NCBI RefSeq assembly: GCF_001644705.1
Contig: NZ_CP015137.1
Coordinates: 240,001-272,000 of the forward strand
Direction of reading: 5' to 3'
Length of the DNA: 32,000 nt
Origin: Dickeya solani IPO 2222
GTDB lineage: Bacteria; Pseudomonadota; Gammaproteobacteria; Enterobacterales; Enterobacteriaceae
Shown in pieces: positions 22,476-29,358 of this stretch. The stretch's first letter is position 1; each line of letters starts with the position of its first letter. The position numbers were made by a program, and so were the translations under genes. The notes under the pieces were generated by a model, which saw only the letters and a program-made list of their open reading frames with translations, searched no databases and had not been told where the DNA came from.

Positions 22476-22898
22476 ATGTCTCTGTTTGAACTGAGACAAC
22501 GGCGAGCCCCAGCCTGGCTGGGGATCCTGGCCCTTGTCATGATCTTTCTGGCCCCGCCCATCTCGCAGTCATTGCGGGCCAGCCATCACGTTCAGATATC
22601 GTCGACCCCACATCACCATTCGCCTTCCGCCAGCCTCTCCATGCCAGAGCACCACAGCCACCATGCTATGGACTCCTCCGCAATGCCCAAGGGAGATAGG
22701 GATGAGGTGGGCATGGATCATGCCGCCTGCGGCTACTGCGTGCTGCTTTCTTATTTGCCGTTGCTGACATTATCAGGCTTGCTTCAACCTGTCGCTGCCG
22801 TCTGGTCGCCTCGCTGGCAAGCGCTTCGACCCGTATTTTCTCTGTTCAATGATCCTCGCTTCCTTTCACCGCTACCCCGCGCGCCTCCTCGTGGATAA
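22476..22898 (+). CDS. DUF2946-type small membrane/periplasmic protein with a His/Met-rich tract and a CGYC motif
   Basis: 140 aa. The N-terminus RQRRAPAWLGILALVMIFLAPPISQSL and the later HAACGYCVLL motif (TGC GGC TAC TGC at 22728-22739) fit my recollection of the DUF2946 family. A His/Met-rich tract lies between them (SHHVQISSTPHHHSPSASLSMPEHHSHHAMDSSAMP). No clear SD sequence is present. Confidence 0.7.
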   Translation: MSLFELRQRRAPAWLGILALVMIFLAPPISQSLRASHHVQISSTPHHHSPSASLSMPEHHSHHAMDSSAMPKGDRDEVGMDHAACGYCVLLSYLPLLTLSGLLQPVAAVWSPRWQALRPVFSLFNDPRFLSPLPRAPPRG

Positions 22899-23066
22899 GT
22901 CATTGCCATCAAAACTATTTGTTCGCTGAAGCCGTGCCTGACACCGCTTGCGGCCACTCCTGTTGATGGTTTTTTATCACCAGATGCCGCTGAACAATCG
23001 TGCCTGTCGACAGAAGAAATATTCATCTTTTTTGTCGGCTGCTGACTTACCCTATCCGGAGGTTTT

Positions 23067-24554
23067 ATGTCCGAGTCAAAAACCGAGACATCCTTCATTC
23101 AGGCGGGAGCGGTCACTGACACACCGCTAATGTACGACACATATCGCACCAGCCTGGTTCGCTCACAGCGCGCAGCGTTGCAAGCGTTGCTGATGCGGTT
23201 GCATTTTTATATCGGGTTATTTGTCGGCCCGTTCATCTTTATCGCGGCGCTGACTGGCACGTTATATGTGCTGACGCCGCAGATTGAATCAACGCTCTAT
23301 TCTCACCAGCTGTTTGCCGACGCCGCGGGAACGCCTCGGTTACTGTCGCAGCAAATTACGGCGGCGACCCATGCGTTGGGCGATAAGGCACAGTACGCCC
23401 GGCTAACAGCTGTTCGCCCGGCGCCGGAAGCCGGACAGACGACGCGGGTGATGTTTTCCCTGCCTGATCTCGGCCCATCCGAAAGTTTTGCGGTATTCGT
23501 GGATCCGGTATCACTCGACATCCGCGGCGCGCTCACGGTATACGGCACCAGCGGCATTCTGCCATTTCGTACCAACCTGGATTATCTACACCGTGGTCTG
23601 TTACTGGGCGACATTGGCCGAAACTACAGCGAGCTGGCCGCTTCCTGGCTATGGATTGCCGCATTGGGCGGCCTGTATATTTGGATCTCCACCCGCAAAA
23701 ACCATTCTCGCCTGCGTCGCCGCCCCACCGAAGGACGCCTGAGTTCGGTCCGGCAACGTCAGCGGTTACGCGGCAATCACGCGGTTACCGGCCTGTTGCT
23801 GCTGGTCGGGTTGCTATTCTTTTCGGCAACCGGCCTGACCTGGTCGCGCTGGGCCGGCGACAACGTCGCCCAGCTTCGTGCGGCCATGGGCTGGCAAACG
23901 CCGTCGGTCAATACCCGCCTTGATACGGCGCCTGCCGCCCTTCCTCCCTCGGCGCATGCAGAACACGACATGATGTCGATGCCAATGCACCCGGCAACCA
24001 CCCAGGCAACGCCGCAAACCTTTGATAGTATACTGGCCGCCGCCAGAGCAGCGGGAATTGATGCCGGGAAAATAGAGATTCGCCCGGCGGCCAAGCCTCA
24101 GCGGGCGTGGACCGTTAGCGAAATTGATCGGGCATGGCCCACGCAGGTTGACGCTGTGGCAGTTGACCCGATGACATTCCGCGTCATCGACAAAGTCAAT
24201 TTTGCCGACTATCCGTTAGCGGCCAAACTGACGCGCTGGGGGATTGACGCGCATATGGGGGTGCTGTTCGGGCTACCGAATCAACTGCTGCTGTCGGCAT
24301 TCGGTTTCGGACTTTGTTCTCTGATCGTCTGGGGATACCGGATGTGGTGGACCCGGCGGCCAGCGCATCCTTCCGCCCACAACCCACTACAGACACTGAC
24401 AACCGCCTTCCTGCAACTGAACGGCCGCCTGCGGCTACTGGTGCTGGCTATTGCGGGTGCGCTGGCGGTCAGCCTGCCGGTGATGGGGATCAGTCTGGTC
24501 ATGTTCCTGTTGGTCGATATCTGGCGCTGGTCGCGACAGCGTCAAGCAGCGTAG
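23067..24554 (+). CDS. PepSY-associated TM-helix (PiuB/FoxB-like) membrane protein
   Basis: 495 aa. It has the N-terminal LMRLHFYIGLFVGPFIFIAALTGTLYV and C-terminal AKLTRWGIDAHMGVLFG...GYRMWWTRRP signatures of the PepSY_TM family. A periplasmic Met/His motif HAEHDMMSMPMHP lies at 23952-23990. A GGAGG lies 4 nt upstream of the ATG. Confidence 0.85.
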   Translation: MSESKTETSFIQAGAVTDTPLMYDTYRTSLVRSQRAALQALLMRLHFYIGLFVGPFIFIAALTGTLYVLTPQIESTLYSHQLFADAAGTPRLLSQQITAATHALGDKAQYARLTAVRPAPEAGQTTRVMFSLPDLGPSESFAVFVDPVSLDIRGALTVYGTSGILPFRTNLDYLHRGLLLGDIGRNYSELAASWLWIAALGGLYIWISTRKNHSRLRRRPTEGRLSSVRQRQRLRGNHAVTGLLLLVGLLFFSATGLTWSRWAGDNVAQLRAAMGWQTPSVNTRLDTAPAALPPSAHAEHDMMSMPMHPATTQATPQTFDSILAAARAAGIDAGKIEIRPAAKPQRAWTVSEIDRAWPTQVDAVAVDPMTFRVIDKVNFADYPLAAKLTRWGIDAHMGVLFGLPNQLLLSAFGFGLCSLIVWGYRMWWTRRPAHPSAHNPLQTLTTAFLQLNGRLRLLVLAIAGALAVSLPVMGISLVMFLLVDIWRWSRQRQAA

Positions 24555-24648
24555 CACTCCCGACTGGCCACGGTAGGCCGGAATGACCGACGCATGCAGG
24601 CATGTTGTATCGGCTAATCCTCATTTCCGGTCTGAGCCAAACGGACGT

Positions 24649-24682
24649 AAAAAAAACCGCAGTCATCATCGACTGCGGTTTT
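24649..24682. terminator. Bidirectional rho-independent terminator between the PepSY gene and the chemoreceptor gene
   Basis: The pattern is A8, ccgcagtc (24657-24664), atcatc, gactgcgg (24671-24678), then tttt. Confidence 0.8.
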
Positions 24683-24700
24683 CATTCGGCATCATCGCTG

Positions 24701-26365
24701 TCAGAAGGTCGCCCATCCCGGCGTATCAGATGCGTTTGCGTCTTTCGCGCCAGTCAGCCCGGTCAGCGCCAGCCCTTTTCCTCCCGGCTGCTGCCGTGTC
24801 GTTTCTTTGTCGGACCAATTGCTATTCAGTTTGAACACACTGACGGTTTTCGCCAGCGTTTGCGCCTGTTCCTGCAGAGAAAGCGCCGCTGCTGCGGATT
24901 CTTCCACCAGCGCCGCATTCTGCTGCGTCGTGGTATCGATCTGCCCGATCGCCAGGTTAATCTGGTTGATACCTTCGCTCTGCTCCAGACTGGCCTTGGC
25001 GATTTCAGTGATCACGCCATCGGCGTTGTGCGCATTATCAATCACTGCACCCATGGTCTGTTCCGTATTTTCCACCAGCGACATGCCGTCCTGAACCTTC
25101 TGCACCGAGTTATCAATCAGTTCTTTGATTTCCTTGGCCGAATTGGCGCTGCGCTGCGCCAGAGCGCGGACTTCACTGGCTACAACGGCGAATCCCCTCC
25201 CCTGTTCGCCGGCTCGGGCGGCTTCCACCGCAGCATTCAACGCCAGGATATTGGTCTGGAAAGCGATACTGTCAATAACGCCGATGATTTCCGCCATGCG
25301 CTGGGACCCGCTCCGGATTTCGCGCATTTCCCGGGTGACATCCGCCATCATTTCACCGCTCTGGCGGACAATGTCGGAAGCCCGCCCCGACAGCGAAGCC
25401 GCATGTTCCGTATTTGCCGCCGTATTCTTGATAGTGGCGGTCAGTTGTTCAATCGATGCGGCGGTCTGTTCCAGAGAGCTAGCCTGCTCTTCGGTACGGG
25501 CGGACAAGTCCTGATTGCCGGCGGCAATCTGCGACGCAGCGGAAGAAATGGTTTCAGCACCATCACGCACCTGACTAACAATGTTACACAGGCTGTCATT
25601 CATCTCATACAGCGCCTGCAGCAGCTTGCCGGTTTCATCCTGTGCACAGGCAGACGCTTCGGTAGTCAAATCGCCTTTCGCGACCTTTTCCGCCAGCGTT
25701 AACGCCTCCTGCAGCGGCTGCGTCACACTACGGGTGATCCACCAGGCGATAAGCCCCCCGGCTACGATGCTAATAATAAAAACCAGCCATAAGACCATGC
25801 GAATATCGGTATAACTCTGTTGCACCGCTTCCCGCGCGCTCGTCATCTGATCATCCTGATAGTCGATGAACTCGGCTACTTTGGCCTTATACTTTTGTTG
25901 CAACTCCAGAGAAACATTAATCAACTCTGCCACGGCGTCTTGTTTATTGCCGCGACTGGCCAGCTCCATCAACTTATTTCCCGATACGCTATATTCACTA
26001 CGAATCTGCTGGATATCTCTGAGCAGACTGACGGAGCGAGCATCTTTGACATTCTGGCTCAAATCAGCCAGCAAAGCGGTAATCACCGCAGAGTGCCCTT
26101 TGGTCTCTTCATTCTTGCGTTTAATATCCGCATCAGAATCCAGCATCAATATCAGTTGCTGACCCAACAGAGCATTATTCAGCTCATCGATCAGCTTATT
26201 TCCTTTTGCCGTCAACGGATAAAGCTCGGAAACGGTATAATCCATCTTACGGTTAAAATCGCTCAGATTACTTAATGCCACCGCCCCTGCGATCAGTAGC
26301 ATAATGATAAGAAATGAAAATCCGATTGCCAGTCTATAGCCTATTTTTAAATTAGAAAAACTCAT
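24701..26365 (-). CDS. Methyl-accepting chemotaxis protein (four-helix-bundle sensor, HAMP, MA domain, C-terminal GWATF pentapeptide)
   Basis: 554 aa with TM1 ([20 protein letters not shown]), a periplasmic domain of about 155 aa, TM2 and a HAMP domain. The hairpin tip is highly conserved ([40 protein letters not shown]). An EEQ/EQT methylation-helix pattern is present. The C-terminus is ...DTPGWATF. Confidence 0.95.
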   Translation of the reverse strand: MSFSNLKIGYRLAIGFSFLIIMLLIAGAVALSNLSDFNRKMDYTVSELYPLTAKGNKLIDELNNALLGQQLILMLDSDADIKRKNEETKGHSAVITALLADLSQNVKDARSVSLLRDIQQIRSEYSVSGNKLMELASRGNKQDAVAELINVSLELQQKYKAKVAEFIDYQDDQMTSAREAVQQSYTDIRMVLWLVFIISIVAGGLIAWWITRSVTQPLQEALTLAEKVAKGDLTTEASACAQDETGKLLQALYEMNDSLCNIVSQVRDGAETISSAASQIAAGNQDLSARTEEQASSLEQTAASIEQLTATIKNTAANTEHAASLSGRASDIVRQSGEMMADVTREMREIRSGSQRMAEIIGVIDSIAFQTNILALNAAVEAARAGEQGRGFAVVASEVRALAQRSANSAKEIKELIDNSVQKVQDGMSLVENTEQTMGAVIDNAHNADGVITEIAKASLEQSEGINQINLAIGQIDTTTQQNAALVEESAAAALSLQEQAQTLAKTVSVFKLNSNWSDKETTRQQPGGKGLALTGLTGAKDANASDTPGWATF

Positions 26366-26434
26366 TACAAGCCCCTTTAATAAAATCCTTTCGATTACAA
26401 TCCAATTAAAAATCGAGTGGCAAATAATTTATAT

Positions 26435-26659
26435 TTACCAGGCTCCATATCTTAAGAGAGTCATTACATTGCAAGATGAACCATCGGCAAGCCATCTCGG
26501 CCCGAACAGCAGGGAAACAGGGTGAGGTAACAGCACAGAGCTCTTACCTGCACGCCATGCAGTAGAGTCTGTATGATGGAACCCGGTATGGGTGAAGATC
26601 GAATCAATCCAGTTGGCGCAATGAGCGCGCCAACGCGTTATTCCAGTCCTGGAAATCAT
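26435..26659 (-). CDS. Hypothetical 74-aa protein (doubtful)
   Basis: ATG at 26659 preceded by GGAGGATAAA. The product is MISRTGITRWRAHCANWIDSIFTHTGFHHTDSTAWRAG.... I recognise no family. The Trp/His/Arg-rich composition is atypical for a real protein. It ends 69 nt upstream of the chemoreceptor start. Confidence 0.25.
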   Translation of the reverse strand: MISRTGITRWRAHCANWIDSIFTHTGFHHTDSTAWRAGKSSVLLPHPVSLLFGPRWLADGSSCNVMTLLRYGAW

Positions 26660-27421
26660 TTTATCCTCCATGATCATCAATTCCCGCCATGAATCGGCAG
26701 GTGAAGTAACCATGCCACGGTTCAGGCCAAAGCCTAAACCGCGGCACGGTTATTTATTCCGGCTATTGATTAACAATAATCGGATGCGGCATCCTGCCAT
26801 CCCCATTATCAGCGCAATCGCCTTGTCTGAAACCACGCTGATAGCGGATTGTTTCACATTATAAAAGGAATGGTAAGTGCATTGTTGTTAATACAAAAAA
26901 ATCTTACAGAAATTTTCACATTATCACGCGATAACTCACGTAACGTTCCATGCAAGAAATATTCTGACGCCAAAATTTTTTTCGTCTGAAATTAGCATCA
27001 GTCTACGATAGAACAGAAAAATGCTCGACGAATTTTGGAAAAACCAGTCGAATGTTTACACTTCCAGGATAATTACCTAACAGAAAAGTGAATATTATTT
27101 CATTCAGATACCTTTTCGTCTTACATGCTTTGCGATTATTCCTTGCCATTATGCTCTGTGGTTTTTACCTGGTTTTGAACGATTATCGGCCGGAAAGTAT
27201 CACGTTCTCGCCATTTACCGTCCCCTTTGAGGTTGAGTAAATGGAGTGTGATAAGAGTTCCGTCGGATTATCTGAAATCGTCACCCTCGCTCTTGTCACG
27301 CACAGGTATCATCCACGTTGCCATAGGCGCTTCCGCCCCTGATGTCCGCTATCCGCGAACCAAAAGAAAAAGGGGAAATTAAGCAGGAACAGAATGGATA
27401 TGGGATATAGAGGTGGGATAA

Positions 27422-27450
27422 ATGCTGTATCCCTGCTACGGATACAGCAT
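27422..27450 (-). terminator. Hairpin downstream of the RHH gene (probable terminator)
   Basis: atgctgtatcc-ctgctac-ggatacagcat forms a perfect 11-bp stem 14 nt after the stop codon. On the minus strand it is followed by ttta, a weak U tract. Confidence 0.5.
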
Positions 27451-27463
27451 ACGAGAACCGGAA

Positions 27464-27739
27464 TTACTTCTTCCTGGAAACGCCCTTGCCTTTCAGCAAC
27501 TGACGAAGTTTTTTGATTTCCTTCACCGTCAGCGGTTGCTCCACAATCTCTTCCGTGTTCTGACTATCAACGATCTCTGCCTCATCAGCGTCATGGGCAT
27601 GGTCTGCGATATCAAAACTTTTCAGCAAACGAGCACTGACCTCAGCACTGATCGAGACCTCGTTTTCCAGCGCAGCCGCTTTGATCTTTTCTTTCAGATC
27701 CAACGGGATTTTCAGTGACAGACTTGATATCTCACTCAT
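27464..27739 (-). CDS. Arc/MetJ-type ribbon-helix-helix DNA-binding protein (orphan)
   Basis: 91 aa. The N-terminal SLSLKIPLDLKEKIKAAALENEVSISAEVSARLLKSF fits a strand-helix-helix RHH pattern. An acidic linker (DIADHAHDADEAEIVDSQNTEEIVE) and a basic tail (KKLRQLLKGKGVSRKK) follow. AAGG lies 7 nt upstream of the ATG. Confidence 0.6.
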   Translation of the reverse strand: MSEISSLSLKIPLDLKEKIKAAALENEVSISAEVSARLLKSFDIADHAHDADEAEIVDSQNTEEIVEQPLTVKEIKKLRQLLKGKGVSRKK

Positions 27740-28333
27740 TTCATTACCTTTATGGCAGGAGAAAATTCCAAGCTATGCCAGTCTCCTAACAAAGTCCATA
27801 CTGAAACAAAAAATTAATATAAATGTCATGAAATCCACAAAAAAACATAAAGAAAGCATACTTTTGATGTGATATAGATCGCAGTTTTATCTCACATTTT
27901 TCATCCGGCAGTTTATCTTTGTCATATCGGTTGTCTACGCCGGATCGATTTAACATTTCCAGCCATCCGTTCCACCGGTAAATAAATAGCCGCTGAAAAA
28001 ATTATCAATTGAGATTCGGATTCTTCCGGATCTGTATTCTTTGACACGTCCGTCAAAAATAAACGGGAACTCCACGTAATATATTACAACCAATGCTCGG
28101 CTGACCGATGGCACCAACAACGTTATGCCACATTGTTAACATTTAACCGGTACATCAACCGGTAGATGACGGTTCGCCGCCGCGTTGTCAGTAGCCAGAG
28201 TGGCCCGCTAACGCCCGCGCAGCAAGGCTTGCTCAGCGGCGAACGCATCCGGATATATCGGGTAGGCTAATCGATTGATCGAAAAGTTTTAACAGCATAG
28301 AATACGCGCCCCTGTAACCATAAGGAAGTAAAT

Positions 28334-28519
28334 GTGTCACACCATCACCTGTGGGAAATGATCAGAACCCTCTATTTCCTGGGCCTTTCGGTCTCGATGC
28401 TATTTACTTTTTTTATGAGTAAGGATAATTCTCTGACCATGCGCTTTCTGGCCTCAATATTAATCGGCGTCACCTGGCCATTGAGTTTTCCAGTAGTCAT
28501 CGTTTTTTCATTTTTTTAA
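28334..28519 (+). CDS. Hypothetical small membrane protein, two predicted TM helices
   Basis: 61-codon ORF from a GTG preceded by AAGGAAG at 5-nt spacing. The product is MSHHHLWEMIRTLYFLGLSVSMLFTFFMSKDNSLTMRFLASILIGVTWPLSFPVVIVFSFF. It has two hydrophobic stretches. I recognise no family. Confidence 0.4.
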   Translation: MSHHHLWEMIRTLYFLGLSVSMLFTFFMSKDNSLTMRFLASILIGVTWPLSFPVVIVFSFF

Positions 28520-28683
28520 TTATTATCACTTAATGAATTAGCAGACATGATATTTCCTGCCCGGTTCAAATGCGGGTCGTACGGAGGATGGGGGGCGCCA
28601 GCGCGGATGCCTGTTCTGTTTTAATTGTCAGACTTCTTCCTGCCGCGGCATACATTTTCCTGCGCAGGCATACATGAATCAGG

Positions 28684-29148
28684 CTATTCGTTTTCCGGCG
28701 GCTGGTTCAGCATCGCTTGCAGATCCTGCCTGAGCAGCGACATCTGGCTGGCATATTTCTCTTTATGTTCCGCGTCTTCGATCAACTGCACGATCGTCTC
28801 CGACAGGGTAACGCCGCGGCGCTGCGCCAGCGCCGCCAGACGCTGCCAGACCAGATATTCAAGATCGATGGATTTTTTGCGGGTGTGCTGGTGCTCGGCG
28901 TTGAAGTGCCGTTTGCGCCGGGCGCGAATCGTCTGCTTCATGCGGTTTTCCAACGCCGGATTCATGCACTGCGCAATCCACTCCAGCACCAGCACCGGCT
29001 GGCTTTCCATTTTCAGCAACCGATCTACGGCTTCATCGGCCGCGCTTTGTTCGATAAAGCGCGTGACTGGTTCACCTTCGCGATGTTTTTTGACCAGGTA
29101 CTTCCACTTCCAACCGCACTCAAGATTTTTTAGTTGTTGATATTTCAT
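28684..29148 (-). CDS. matP: Ter macrodomain organiser, matS-binding protein MatP
   Basis: 154 aa: [30 protein letters not shown]...[36 protein letters not shown]...[13 protein letters not shown]. It is nearly colinear with E. coli MatP (YcbG). Confidence 0.95.
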   Translation of the reverse strand: MKYQQLKNLECGWKWKYLVKKHREGEPVTRFIEQSAADEAVDRLLKMESQPVLVLEWIAQCMNPALENRMKQTIRARRKRHFNAEHQHTRKKSIDLEYLVWQRLAALAQRRGVTLSETIVQLIEDAEHKEKYASQMSLLRQDLQAMLNQPPENE

Positions 29149-29358
29149 ACATTATTCTTTAGTGACCGTGTAACGTGCCTGAACTTGTCTCCATTGTTGC
29201 CCGATATTCCCGTTTCAGGCAATGCCTTGCTGACTGTTTTTCGTCCAAAAAATCGCCTGTGGATGCTCTCTTGTTCGCATCTCCAGACTCAGCGCATATG
29301 CAGCCCCAAGAATTCTTGTATAATTGCGGTTTTCCTTTAAACGATTACAGCAGATACT

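Noticed and set aside
24602-25702. 366-aa plus-strand ORF, with 25820..26275 and other ORFs, overlapping the chemoreceptor gene
   Set aside because: It is antisense to a chemoreceptor whose conserved signalling domain is unmistakable. The translation is Arg/Gln/Phe-rich nonsense, typical of the reverse frame of coiled-coil MCP sequence.
26366-26470. Sigma-28 (FliA) promoter upstream of the chemoreceptor
   Set aside because: I searched the minus strand for TAAAGTTT-N11-GCCGATAA. I found only loosely similar AT-rich sequence with wrong spacing.
27865-27900. CRP-like TGTGA...TCACA inverted repeat (atgtgatatagatcgcagttttatctcacat)
   Set aside because: The arms are separated by about 18 nt instead of 6, so this is not a CRP site. 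The arms are only 5-6 bp long.
28123-28270. Tiny ORFs in the GC-rich island (41 aa minus strand at 28123..28248; 34 aa plus strand at 28166..28270)
   Set aside because: They have no SD sequences, they overlap each other, and their highly basic composition is odd. They are more likely incidental to a structured or remnant sequence.
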